64,000 nt of DNA from Squalus acanthias (GCA_030390025.1 CM059432.1:86368001-86432000); one strand, 5' to 3'. Shown: positions 38,466 to 51,287, counted from the stretch's first letter. The notes: generated from the letters alone by a model not told the origin. Numbers and translations: made by a program.

Positions 38466-40679
38466 CTGTGGCTAGTCAGCATTTCTACTGGACCGCGCCG
38501 AGTTCGGATTAGCTATGCAGGAGAAAATGTACGTACTGCTAACTATCTTTTCTTGAGACTTGCAGCTAGCTATTTGGAAGTGCCTCTTAGTACTGTGTAA
38601 TAAATCCCTTGAGGCTGACTAGGATTTGTTGAGTCACTTCTCGTTCCTTCTCCTGCAGTCTTGAGAGCAGACACACGAGCTTTGAAAATAAATACTAGCA
38701 AAACTTGTAGTTGTATAATGGAAAGTAGGTGTGCCATATTTGCAAAGATATTTTGGATTTATAGCTAAAATGAATGTATGTGAGGGTAAAAATTGTGGTG
38801 GCTCATTGTGGTTTTTATGAACACAATCAGAATGCTTCATTTATAAATAAAATATGTGCACACCTGATGCAAAATCTGCTTCCTATTTTGTGTAACCTCC
38901 TCTGGGATTTGGTTAGTTGAGTAACTGGCTCTAATAGAGGAAAGATGATGCTGATTAATCTTCAAATCATACTTTGGTCAGAACAGTGGATTAGTCACTT
39001 TCGTGGACTAATCGTTCACTTGTCAGTGTGATTCACTGTCACTATTTGTCAGAAGTGTGAAAAACAAAGCCCTTATTAGAGCAGTACATCAGTATTTCCC
39101 ACGGTCTCATTGTTATGTTTATGCAATGACAATATTCATAATGAGTCCTTCAGGCTCTTTCCTTATGACCTTGTGAGCATCATTTAGGCATTTTAATAAA
39201 TAAATCTGACACTTTGATTAAGATCTCCAATGCTAAACAATATTTCTTTTGTTTCATTACACCTGTACTATAGAATCTTTACTAGCTTTTTCACATGCAC
39301 TAATCAACTTGCTCTGAATTTGCTGACTGACCAGACAATACCGCCAGTGCATCTGCTATGGCACCATTAGTTATGTATTTAATTTGTGCTGAGTTACATT
39401 GGTACATTTCAACAGCCCTCCAGTTTGTTGGTTAAGTAGGTATTCTTTACATAAATCAACTAGATGGCCGGTATCTGCTGTGATCGCTCTCAGCACAGCT
39501 AAATAGCCTGCTGAGTCCTGGGCCTGTCCTTATCTGAAACTGCACTCACCTCACCTGTGCACTGTCCAGGTATCATTGTCTGCCATTTACCCACTTGAAT
39601 CATTTGAGCAAGGCCCCCCCCCCCCCCCCAAGTTGTGCTTCTAGCTTGTTTGTAGTACTAAGCAATGGCAGTCTGGAATGTCTGAGTCTTGGCTGTTTTG
39701 GTGGAGGAAGCTCTTTGCCTTTGTCACCAAGTTTGTGGGGAAGGTGAAGGGAAAGAGGGAGTTCCTGCTTTTTATTGCTAACAAGTCTTTCTTTTACCAC
39801 CCTTCCCCCCCCCCCCCCCCCCCCCACTTCTATTTCTGTACCTGCTGAAAGTGCTGCTCATAAAATCCTTTTTGACATTTTTCTGTACCCTTGCTACCCA
39901 AAGAAGCACTATTATTGTGAAGAACCTTGGGGCATTTTTCTAAGTTAAAGGTACTATATAAATGTAGATTACTTTTTTAAATGTAAATTTGCTAAATAAA
40001 CGTGGTGGTATTTCACAATGATGTGCATCAATGCGGAAAGCAGTGCCCAGCCAAAACCCTGGCCTCTCCCATCTTTAATTGGGTCTTGCTCTGGAGAAAT
40101 TGAAGTGTAATAAACTTTCTTCCTCCTTCCAGTTGACTTTTTTCCAATTCAATTTAATCAGGAGCCCAATGTGGATATTTTATAAGTTACAAACCACAGA
40201 CCTAATCATGTACAAGACTTTTTTTTAAAGTCTGCATCAAGAATATTCAACTGAATACTGTTTCAAAACTGGTCAGTGCAAATATCTTTGAGGCTGTAAT
40301 GAGTAAGTTACAGTCTTTGTCTGGAAGAATACTGTAAACAGTAGAACAAAAGCCTAAACTTTTTTTCTAATATGCTAGAGTCTGGATGAAATACAGTGTG
40401 TTCTAGATGTTAACTAAGATCCATCCTTTAAGAAATTAGCTTTGTTGAAGGGTGTATTTTTTTTTGTTTTCCTCGCTCCCTGCTTTGTCAGCATGAAGCA
40501 CTCCCGTGTTTGGTATAACCAAACCATCTATAGCAAGGCTTTTTTGTTTATTTTATCCCAACATTATACTTTTGTCTGTACCTCCTGAGATAACCCCACC
40601 CTATCCCCTACATTGGTGTGATTTTTATTTTTCCCCACTCAACTGCAATCCATGTAGCCTCAAGAGCCAAAATCACTAG

Positions 40680-41281
40680 AATCGTAGACATAGCGGCACA
40701 GAAGGAGGCCATTCGGCCCATCGTATCTGTGCCAGTCAAAAAAGAGCTATCTGCTTAATCTCACTTTCCAGCTCTTGGTCTGTAGACTTGTAGGTTACGG
40801 CACCTCAAGTGCATATCCAAGTACTTTTTAATTGCAGTGAGAGGTTGGTGGAGACAGAAACCTTCAGGCAGTGAGTTCCAGACCCCCATCACCCTCCTGG
40901 GTGAAAAAAGTTCTCCTCAACTCCACTAATCTTTCTACCAATTACTTTAAATCTATTCCCCCTGATTATTGACCTCTCTGCTAAGGGAAATAGGTCCTTC
41001 CTATCCACTCTTATCTAGACCCCTCATAATTTTATACACCTCAATCAAGTCTCCCCTCAGCCTCCTCTGTTCCAAAGAAAACAACCCCAGCCTATCCAAT
41101 CTTACCTCCATAGCTAAAATTTTCCAGTCCTGGCAACATTCCCGTAAATCTCCTCTGTACCCTCTCTAGTGCAATCACATCTTTCCTGTAATGTGGTGAC
41201 AGAACTGTACGCAGTACTCTAGCTGTGGCCTAGTGTTTTATACAGTTCAAGTATAACCTCCCTGCTCTTGTATTCTATGCC
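40680..41281 (-). mobile_element. CR1 3' fragment with a 7-bp TSD
   Basis: Reverse complement of the 4379-5549 family; TCACTAG at 40673-40679 and 41282-41288. Confidence 0.9.
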
Positions 41282-41703
41282 TCACTAGGAGCTGGGTTAA
41301 GACTATATCAATACTAATTTAATTTGGGGGCCCTTGCAGCAAGCAGACTGGGCTCAAATCTAGCCTAGGCAGTTGAGATGAAAGTATAATCCATGGCATA
41401 CTAAATGTCTAACTTGCAGGACTGAGTAGCGCTAGTCCAATTGTATTTACTGATCCTAAAATCTTAGTAATGCTCCTTTTGAATTAATATGTCTTAAATT
41501 GTAATCCCTTTAAGAGTAATCTAGCAATTCACAGGAATTTATAATGGGGGGGGGGGGGGGGGCTGTTTGCATATCTTTGGGTACCAATGCCATCTGCTTA
41601 AATCTGAGCTTATCTTCCAGTTGAAGAGAAGGAGAAGCTCCCTACTTGGACTGCTGGTTCACAACCACCACCAGCTACTTGCATTTATACAATGCCTTTA
41701 ACT

Positions 41704-41936
41704 GTCTCAAAAATGAGAAGTCGCACAACATCAGGTTATAGTCCAACAGTTTTATTTGAAATTACGAGCTTTCGGAGCTCTGCTCCTTCGTCGAGTACAG
41801 CTCCTTCGACTGTACCTGACTAAGGAGCAGAGCTCCGAAAGCTCGTAATTTCAAATAAAACTGTTGGACTATAACCTGGTGTTGTGCGACTTCTCATTTT
41901 TGTCCATCCCAGTCCAACACCGGCATCTCCGCATCA
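41704..41936 (+). mobile_element. Penelope-like terminal insertion with an inverted pLTR copy
   Basis: 85-bp inverted arms (41708-41792 and 41818-41902, 2 mismatches), then the tail ccagtccaacaccggcatctcc; TSD TTTAACT at 41697-41703 and 41937-41943. Confidence 0.85.
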
Positions 41937-41943
41937 TTTAACT

Positions 41944-42515
41944 CAAGTTGCTTTTGGAGGGAAAAATAAAGAAACAGATACTGACCAATGGTGGTAGAGG
42001 TTACTGGAAGCTTGGTAGAAAAGATTTTCTCTTTTTGGAAAGCTTTTCATAGGTGGAGAAGGTAAGAAGCTAGAGAGTAGGATCAAGACAAGTGAATGCC
42101 CTGCCACCAATGAGTGGGGTGGGGATGGAAATGCACAAGACTAGATTTGGTTAACGTGGAAGTAGGCGACAGGTTGGATGAGGTTGCAAGGTAAGGTGAG
42201 ATGAGGAAAGGCAATGGAGGGATTTGTGAACAAGACCTTAAATTTTAATGTGTTGGAACAGCTGAGTTGGGGTTTATGAAAGATGGGAGGCCAGGAAAGG
42301 AGTTTAGCGGTGACTGAAATATGGATAAGAGTTTCAGCAGCAGCAGTAGTAATGGAGGCAGGTGATGTTGCAGTAGTAGTCAAATTATATCGGGATTTTA
42401 TAAACCTGATTTCAGACTGGGGAGGTGATTGGAATCTGGAGCAAAGGAGTGGAGTTACTGTTGGAAGCCAGAGTCCATCCTTCCTGTGTTAAACTGGAGG
42501 AAATTTTCAGTCAGT
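41944..42515 (-). mobile_element. Old L2 3' remnant (its tail at ~41675-41700 hosts the PLE insertion)
   Basis: acttgcatttatac tail, plus gaggaaaggcaatggagggattt and ggataagagtttcagcagcag segments similar to 12183-13030. Confidence 0.65.
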
Positions 42516-43102
42516 CATGAAAACTCACTGCCTTCTGCCAGGAAATACAGGTATGTGAAAATCGTGGCGAAGATTGGGTTTTTATGGGGGGGAAATTCGG
42601 TTGATTAGCGCCTCCCGTTAGGGCACTAACGGGGCGCAAAGCAACTAGCACCTGGGCGCAGCGATGGTCAATTTCGCGAGCGGTGCAAACAAAGTTTTTG
42701 CGGCGGCGCTAAACTCTACCACCACTATCTCCTGTGCCCGCAGATTGTGACGTCAGTCGAGCGTGCAGCGCCCTGGACTGGATATTGAGTGGCGCCCCCT
42801 TCCTTTCTGCCTGCCGCAAGCAACGACTGAGTGGAACGTTTTGCAGTCAGGAAGGGGCTGGGGGAGCGCTATTTAAAAGCGCTCTCTTCCTGCCTTTTTT
42901 TTTGTGGGAGATGTTTTTGCACCACTCATTGAGAGAGACTTCTGGAGAGATTCAGCACTGTGTGAAGTAGTTTTGGCTACTAAGCAGCACTTTGCAGGTT
43001 CTTTTGGATTTGACCTTCCTTGCTTCGATTGCCAAGAGACTTGGGGGGTTGCACTGATTTGGGGCGGTGTCCTGCGCCTGCAGAATCTGAGGCATCAGCG
43101 AG

Positions 43103-44090
43103 ATGGTGGCAATCATGGCCAGAGGGAGGAGGGCCAACAGGCCTCTGCACAGGAGACCTTACCCTCCCAGGGTATTCCGGGAACAATTCTCATACTTTCA
43201 TTTGTCTGAGGAGCAGTGTTTGAGCAGGCTGCGCTTCAGCAAGGAGGTGGTCACTGAGCTCTGCCACCTGCTGCAGCCAGATCTGCAGCCTCAACTGAGG
43301 ACCAGGACATATCTGTCGGTGGCAGTGAAGGTGACAGTGGCTCTGAATTTTTATGCCACCGGCTCCTTTCAAGCAGCTACTGGGGACATCGCCAATATCT
43401 CCCAGTTCGCGGTCCATTGCTGTATCCGGGAGGTGACAGATGCCCTCTATAAAAGGAGACACCAGTACATCTCTTTCCCGATGACCCGGGCCAAACAGCA
43501 TGAATGCGCATTTGGCTTTGCAAGGATAGCGGGCTTCCCCATGGTGCAGCGCGCCATTGACTGCACACGTGGTATTGCAGGCACCGCATGAGCATGCAGA
43601 GGTTTTCCAAAACCGCAAGGGGTTCCACTCCTTAAATGTCCAGTTGGTCTGTGACCACAGACAGCTGATGTTTGCCGTCAATGCAGCAGCCACAATGTTT
43701 TCATCCTGTGCTAGACCTTTTCCAGGCACTGCATCAGCCAAGTGGTTGGCTCCTCGGGGACGAGGGTTATCCACTCTGCACCTGGCTGATGATACTGCTC
43801 CGTAACCCCAACACCCCTGCCGAGCTGTGGTACAATGAGAGCCATATCTCCACCAGGAACATCGTTGAGCAGACGATTGGCGTGCTCAAGCAATGGTTCC
43901 ACTGTCTGGACCACTCGGGAGGAGCCCTGCAGTAGTCTCCTGAGCGAGTCTCCCTCTTCATAGTTGTGTGCTGCATTCTTCATAACCTTGCAATCCTCAG
44001 GACCCAGCCAATGTGAGGAAGAGGAAGAGCAGGAACCTGCACCAAGAGACCAGCATGATGGAAAGCAACCCCCTATAGCCGGCCAAGGCA
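43103..44090 (+). pseudogene. Harbinger (HARBI1-like) DDE transposase, frameshifted
   Basis: ALNFYATGSFQ, GFPMVQRAIDCT(H), [36 protein letters not shown] and CCILHNLA spread across several frames. Deletion at the (PGS)SHD motif; in-frame TAG at 43933-43935. Confidence 0.93.
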
Positions 44091-44299
44091 ACAATGATTC
44101 CAAAGGTCCAACACGTACATATCGACTACACCAACTGTGTTGATTTACATAGCGTGTGTAATCTAGTCATGACAGACAAATCATTAATTAACATAACTTT
44201 TGTTTAGTGTTTTGGCCATTATCTCCAGCTTGTGAGAACCAGTTATCAGACAAACCTCGGCCTTTAATAAAAACATTCCAACTTTTCTCGAGACCTCCT

Positions 44300-45940
44300 A
44301 CTTTTTGCCCTTCAAGGGTGATCTCCATCCCTTGCGCACTTCCCACCCTACTGCTCGTCTGTAATGGGGGCCACAGTGGCTGCAGGAAGGCTGCTGAATG
44401 TCAGATGCTGAGACTACAGATGCCCTTGAAGGATGCCCTCAACCAGCTCTGGGCCTGGAGGCCTCAGCTGCAGACTGCACCAACTCTGCATGGGCGGCAG
44501 CTGGCTGGGTTACAGGCAGTGGCAAGTGCGATGGGGAAGTGACAGTGGTGGGAGCAGGAATGCTGTCAGCCTAAGAGGACAGCACCTCCCTGCTCGACCA
44601 ATACACTAGCACTCCCACGGGGCAGCACCTCAGCATCCGGAGCAATCATCTCGAGCACACATTGCTGGCCTGCTGCGACGCCATGAGAGCCACGGGGCAA
44701 TGTGGCCGAACCAGTGACGATGGCAGCAGTCAGTGCTTGCGTTGCCTCAATCTGACTGCATGAGAGCAGTCTGAGATTGGATCACAGCAGCCAGTGACTG
44801 AATTTCAGCACTAAGCAGTTGCGTTGCGTCCGCCTGTGCTGCAGTGTAGTGCTGCACACTCCTTACCAGTCCATCAATGCTTTCGGGCACCCTCCCATTG
44901 CACCCATGAGCTGAGTGTGCATGTTCACCGCCTGGGTGTTCATTTCAGCGATGAGCTGCTCCTCCTCTGTGTCCAGTGCAGCTGGCCTACTCCCTCCAGG
45001 GAGATGGCCCCCGAGCTTCCCTACCCCCATGGCATTGCTGCAGCCTGCTGAGTCCCGGAGCTTCACCCTTATCAGACCCTGCTCCCCTCCAGGGAAGACA
45101 TGGTCCCAGTGTGGGCATGGGCTCCCTCGGGAGACGCTGGCGCTGAGGCGTTGCTCCCACTGGCTGCTTGAGGGCCCGTCTCCTCAGCTGCTGGTTCACC
45201 ATCTGAAAGCAGGGAGGTACAAGAGTGGCTTTAGTGTCAGGATAAGGGAGCAAGGACTGGAGCGATTTAGTAAGTTGGATTGAAAGTGTAAAAGGCTGGT
45301 GTTGAGGGACAAGTGGAATGAGAGAGGAGAGAAAGCTGATCTTACCATTGCTGTCCCGAAGGGGGTCAACCTCTCCAGCAGCGATCCTGTGGACGCGCGC
45401 CTCCAGATCGCTGAGGGTTTGCAGCTGAGGCGGCCCTCCACCTGTCCGTTGCTGCTGTCGCCTGTTATGAGATAGCTTGGCATGCAAGAAAAAGGATGAC
45501 GTTTGAGTAAATATGCAGCCATGTGCTTGCCTGATGTGCCTCCCTGTTGAACAGCCCTTAATGTATGCAAGGTGTAGAATGTGCGTGTGTTTTTTGAGCT
45601 GGCCATAGATCTTGGATGAGTGTTGGGCATTGGGGTTTTTACACCCTCTAGCCATAGTGAGGTTGAGATGGAGGGATGGAGAGGTATTGAAAAGCAGCCA
45701 CTCGCCCTGACCACCCGAGTGAGGTCATTGAACTTTTTCTGACATTGTGTGTGGGTCCTGGGCACCATGCTCCTGGAGGAGACGAGATGAGCCACCTTCC
45801 TCCACACTCTTCTATAGTCGCAGGGCAATGGCCTCCTGCTACTCTGGGTACAGTATTGCTTTTCAGCGCTCCACTGCACCAACCAGAGCCACCAAGGCCC
45901 AGTCACTGAAGCGCTGAGCTCGTTCCCCGGCCCCCTCCAT
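44300..45940 (-). pseudogene. Harbinger Myb/SANT-like DNA-binding protein gene, three exons, decayed
   Basis: Exon 1 45940-45706 (RAQRFSDWAL…VWRKVAHLVS…QCQKKFNDLTR), exon 2 45481-45346 (AKLSHNRRQQQRTGGGPP), exon 3 starting at 45202. Intron 2 is GT-AG. The 3' end is approximate. Confidence 0.85.
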
Positions 45941-48900
45941 AGTCCTTTGCAGCAGCTTTGAGGTTGAGGTCTGTCCGGGCCGAGATTCAAGGCTGCAATG
46001 AGCAGGGTGTGGCTGGAGAGCAAGATCGACCCTCCCTTTAAGAACTGGCCAGCGCCAGTGTGTCTGTGTTCCATAGCTAACTGACATCACCTGAGCTTCG
46101 CCTGCACTCTGAGGTAGCGCCTCGCTCCTCGGCCTTTGCGCCTTAAGACAGGTGTGTAGCGCCTGATTTTAGCGCTGCAATCACCTCCGGGGTGATAGAG
46201 GCCAAGTTTGCAGTCGGAGGCAATAATTTGCTCCAGGCGCTAAACTTTGCGTCCGGCCGATAATCGCGCCCCAAACGGGGGCGATACTGAATTTCTCCCC
46301 CAAGTCTCTGTCCTACCTAGCTGAGATTTATATTTTTTTCTCTCTCCCTTCTGCTTGCTAGAAAGCTATGGAGGTCGGGCTGTTCCTGCATTCATAGGGT
46401 ATTAAGCTATAAGACCTCTGGTTTTAATGGACTTTCACAAGTAATGTTAATGCTGTGCCCCACCGCATCACCTTACTTTCTCAATGAAGAAATACCAGGA
46501 ATTACCAAAGTGCAAATGCAGACAATCCTGAAGTGTGAAATTGTGATCTCTTGTATACATCTTGTTGCAGTGTCAATTGGTATGCCTGCTCTAACAGCTG
46601 CATTATAAAGCAATGTTGCCTTTTTATATAGATAATAGCAAACTACTTGCTGTAATGGAAACAGAGCCACCACTTAAGTAGCACATGCTGTTTAATGCCT
46701 GTAGATATAATAGAAAATTAAGTACTACACCAGAATCTGAATAAGTTTGACTGACTTGCCATGTGGGTTTGTCCCTTTTTTTTAAATATCACTTTTAATT
46801 TCTGATTGTCTGTCTAATCTTTGCTTCTTCTACGGCCCCCCCACCTCCCCCACCTTGTACTTGTGCAGTAAAGTTGGAATGTTGGCTCTTTTTCTTGGCT
46901 CCAGCTCTTAATTCAATTCTTGGGCATTTTCACCATTTTTGTACTGTTGCCAAGCTTTTAGGCTAATGATCAAGAATGCCAGCAGTATTTCCTTTGTAGC
47001 ACTGTATACTTAATAATGTTAACTAGCGCTAGTTACATTTTTATGTAGTGCTATTTAATCAGTTTATGCAAAAACTTTACTTGCATTCATTCAATACACT
47101 TTTTTTTGTACTTGCTATTGATAGTTCCTCAATAAACTAATGGTCTCTGCTAATCTAGATGAGAATTTCCTGACATATGAGTAACATTGAATCTCGTATG
47201 ACATACACACCTAAAATGCCATTCATAACTGCCTCCCTCTTCAATCCTTCCTGCCAAATTTTTTTAAATGATGTTTAGCTATTTTACAAAATTCAAATTT
47301 CTGTGTATATTCAGTGAACTCTCTTTGCCTAATGTTTGAAATAATTTGCCAGATAGCATAATTGAGACTAGTACTAGCGTCATTCAAAATGTAATTGGAT
47401 GCTAAGGGAGAGTTGGAATTCAAGAGCAATGCGCTTTGGTGCATGTGGCCTTTTCTTCAATATTTCCAACCAATTATAAACCAATAAAAATACTAGCTCA
47501 GTATTTATTTCCTTTCTACACATGTGGTTGGCTGTAATATATACATAATTCTGAATAATGTTGGGTATATGCTTACTATATTTCAACTTAACTTATTGGG
47601 GATGCTTGTAGATGCACTAATAACCACTGCAGAAGATGTATTCATCACTAGGTCATAGATTAGTCTACCAAATGGACAAGTGACTGTGAACAAGCAAAAT
47701 ACACAAGTTTGGGAAAACTAATGATGCAACCTCTCCTATATTATGGCACTGACTGGGGATATTGTAGGTGAGTTCAGAACCAAATATCCACATTCCCATC
47801 TGATGGAAACTACTCGACCTTCCTGCTTGCTTCGATCTCCATTAGTTTGAAGAACACATTGTGGAAGATGGTGTCACTTTAAGTGTAGCTTTTTTTTGGA
47901 CCATTCCAATGTGAAGTGCATCTTAATACACACCAGCTGCTCGCTTTTTATCATTTGCCGTTGATCAGTTAAAACTATTAATCGGAGAAATCTAATTCCA
48001 GAAATGGTTGGTAGCTGTAATTGTAGTTTGCTTCTACCGACAGTGCAAATTGAGTGAAATCAAGCTTTGATCTGGGGTGATCTCTTCACTGATCTGGTGA
48101 TTTTTTTTCTCTCTATAGGAAGGGTGACACCACCATTATTTTTTCTTTACTCAAACCCTAACTTCATATCCATCTCCTATATTTTGGATGAGTGCAAATG
48201 ATGTTGAAACTAAAACTGATTTGGAGATGCTGAGCTTGAAAGGCATAGGAGCTTGCAGCAAACTGAACAGCTGAGGCATTTTGTTTAATAGCTGTCTTTA
48301 GTAATGAACTCCCTCTGACTGGGCTTGGTAACTCCTCCTAGCCAGCACCTACTGCTTTTTGAACAAAACATTAAATCAACTGAAATAAATGGTTTTTCCA
48401 TTTATGTAAAAAAGACCGCTTGAAATTGACTCCCTTTTCTAGCAAGATGCCAGCTTTGCAGGGGGAGGATGAAGACAGCACCCAAGATAAATGAGGCAAT
48501 GTTATAAAAAGTAACGGTTTTTCTTTAATGCAACTTTCGTTTAAATAATGAGCTTCAACTAAAAACCTGGCTGAGGGGAAGGAAATGCTGTATGTGCTAA
48601 TACTTTGACCTTCGATTTCCTGTGCTTGATATTTGTGATTCTGTAGTTCTAGGTTAAATGAATACTCAGTAACATTTGAGATTAGTATGTCGAGCAGAGA
48701 AGGAAGATATTTACTCCAGCTTTTCTTCGTAAAATTATTAAATACAAACCATTTTATATTTAAAAAAATTTTAATGTGCATTTTTCAGAGCAAGGGTCAT
48801 TGTATCCTACAGGATTTCCAGCAGGTGACTTGTCCTAAATCTCATTGTGCACCTGAAGGATTTGCTAGGTCTTGGTTGTCAGCTGATTGAGAATATTCCA

Positions 48901-49104
48901 CATTTGAGCAGTTTTTTTTTCTATTTTGAGAATAATTGTCATTTGAATTACTGTTCTTGCATTCACTTTCACATGTTCCAAGCTTCAAAGGGCTTTTTTG
49001 GTGTTGATAGTGGTGGGAATAAAATCTAGTTTTATAAATTTAGTGGTCCTGGTTTTGAGGAGCAGGTCTTGAAGCAAAATGATTTTTGGCTATTCCTTCA
49101 TTAG

Positions 49105-49203
49105 ACTACCAAGGCATTTCTTCCCAAGATGCTGGAAATGAACCATGGACATATCGTAACGGTGGCGAGCTCCCTAGGGTTGTTCAGCACTGCTGGTGTT
49201 GAG
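49105..49203 (+). CDS. rdh10: RDH10-family retinol dehydrogenase, coding exon 3 ([33 protein letters not shown])
   Basis: ttag| acceptor and |gttag donor; 99 bp, phase 0/0. The peptide matches vertebrate RDH10 around the SDR catalytic Ser (IVTVASS). The size equals human RDH10 exon 3 as I recall it. Confidence 0.96.
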
Positions 49204-51141
49204 GTTAGTACCTTAAACTATTGCCTTGGAGAAATGTTCCTGTAGTTTTCACTCTTCCATTTAGAAACTGAAGCAACATCTTGAAGTATCTAAATTCTAT
49301 GCAATTATTCCATTAATCAAAATTATGTGAAATGCATTATGTCTTGGGTGTCTGAGCATATCCTCTAAAATTTCTAGTCAAAGTACGAGTACATGTATAT
49401 TGCCAAAATGAGCATGCAAGTGGCTGATCTTAATATTCTAGCTGTTTAAATTCTATTGCTCCACATTGTAGCATACACTTTTTATTCTCCCCGCCCTCTT
49501 CTGGGTGGGTTTATGAGAGGGGCAAAAAAAGCCTCAGGAAAATGGCAACAATGAAGGTGCAAGGAAGATGGGAGTATTTTGCATGGTCTAACTTTTTTTT
49601 ATATACTGGGGTCTAATTTTTTTTTTGCATTTTGAAGCTCATTGTTATGTAACCATATGCAACTCAGTTACAGGTTTTGATGCTTGTCTGCCCCCACGTC
49701 AAAGGTTGGACATTTCTGGGTTACATGGAGTTCAGCACAAAAACTGTACCTTGAGATCCCACCTATGTTTCGTTCTTCCCCCCACCCTGTTTTGGTTCCA
49801 ACTGAATTTTGAAACTGGTTCGGCAAGCAGTATATCCTCATTTATTCATGTTACAGCCAATCATGTCCTGCATTCACATTTTAATGAACATTTTTGCTTC
49901 CCTCTTCCCACCATTGGGCCTCTTTGCAGCTGGTCAGCTGTTCTTTTGTTTACATGTACTCTGCTCTAGAGTCCATTTTATAATGTTGGTGCTACCCTGC
50001 TCCAATTAAGACAAATTTGCTCAGGCAAACAGAAGAAAAATTGACAGTGGCCATAGAATCTGTGGACAGTTCGCTCTTTCGCTTGCATGCATGCTCTCCG
50101 TCTTGCTCTCTCTTGCTCTTATGGGGCACTTCAGACTTTTGTGGTTGATGGGGGCAAAGAACTTTATAATAACTACACTGGATTCCCCTCAAACTAATGC
50201 CAGGTTATAGTTTATCTGATATCTTGATGTGGTTATGATTCACAACCTCTTGTGATGAAGGATTTTAAAGTTACTGTCAACGAAAGCTGCTGTACTTAAA
50301 TGTATACCTACCACATGTGTTTCACTGCCACTCATCAGTATCTTGGTATGAAGCAACACAGTTCCTTATATTGAATTCCTGTACTTCGGAGACAAAGCAA
50401 AGGAATTCAAGAGACTGATCTAGTAAAGGTACAGGAGGGTTCAGTTGACTGAAGAGAACCTGGAGGCAAAGTTTTTTTTTTGTCTTTTTATAAAACACAC
50501 CTTGTATCTATCTAGCTGGTTAACTTCTGTAGCATAAAAAAAGCATGTAGATTTTCCACTTTTTTTATACTAGAAGCTGTTTGGGTAAGACTTCTACTGT
50601 ACTTTTTTTTTGTGCTGGATAGAATTTTTTTTAACCTCCTAAGACACTGAAGCATTACGTGAACATTATCCAGCCTAGACTCTTGACTGCTCTATTTCCC
50701 ACTGATTTGTAACAGTTCAGCATAAATTAGAAGTGCCCATTCAGTAGTGCAGATGTTAAACTGGTTTAATTGTATTTCCCAAATTCTGTTCACTACTGGT
50801 ACAAATGCCAAGAGTCCAAGATACTGACAGCATATCAAACTGACTTTGCTCAAGCACTTCCACACATGACCAGCTCAAATTCTTCATAGTCACATCTGCC
50901 AACTGCTTCAATCCTCAGCCTCTGCCTCTGATAGAACCTGGGCTTTTTTATTAGAAGAATTGGCAAAGGGAGCTTTCCCACTCCATTACCAAGAGGAGCA
51001 TTAACAGTTTTCTATTGGTTGCAGAAGACCACTACTATTATGTATTGCTGACAAATCTGTTGCCAAACTTGCATCAATGTTTTTGGTTGAGCATGCTAAT
51101 TGAGGTAGAAAATGTTCTGAATTATCCATTATACCATTTAG

Positions 51142-51287
51142 GATTACTGTGCAAGCAAATTTGGAGCAATAGGATTTCACGAATCCTTAAGCCATGAGCT
51201 GAAGGCATCTGACAAAGATGGGATCAAGATGACACTGGTCTGTCCATATTTAGTGGACACAGGCATGTTCCGTGGCTGCAGAATAAG
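51142..51287 (+). CDS. rdh10: RDH10-family coding exon 4 ([49 protein letters not shown])
   Basis: ttag| acceptor and |gtgag donor; 146 bp. Contains the SDR catalytic YxxxK (YCASK) and [10 protein letters not shown] motifs. Confidence 0.97.

Larger units (their letters stand above)
42586..46301. mobile_element. Near-full-length PIF/Harbinger DNA transposon (3.7 kb), inactivated
   Basis: TIRs GGGGGGGAAATTCGGT / reverse complement GGGGGAGAAATTCAGT (14/16), with further subterminal similarity. Contains convergent transposase and Myb/SANT genes. TSD not clearly retained. Confidence 0.92.

Noticed and set aside
41704..41936. CRISPR-like array, terminator or classical TIR MITE
   Set aside because: Eukaryotic context with no repeat-spacer periodicity. 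The asymmetric extra tail and 7-bp TSD fit a Penelope-type retro-insertion.
43190..43774. 194-aa minus-strand ORF
   Set aside because: Antisense shadow of the GC-rich transposase sequence.
43103..44090. Host HARBI1 gene
   Set aside because: It has frameshifts and a stop codon, and is enclosed by TIRs with a partner Myb gene, so it is a transposon copy.
45196..46074. 292-aa minus-strand ORF as a standalone gene
   Set aside because: Only part of it is in the Myb exon-1 frame. The rest reads through introns of the decayed Harbinger gene.
49700..49725. catttctgggt resembling the end of rdh10 exon 2 (HFW|gt)
   Set aside because: It lies downstream of exon 3, and the upstream frame does not match exon 2.
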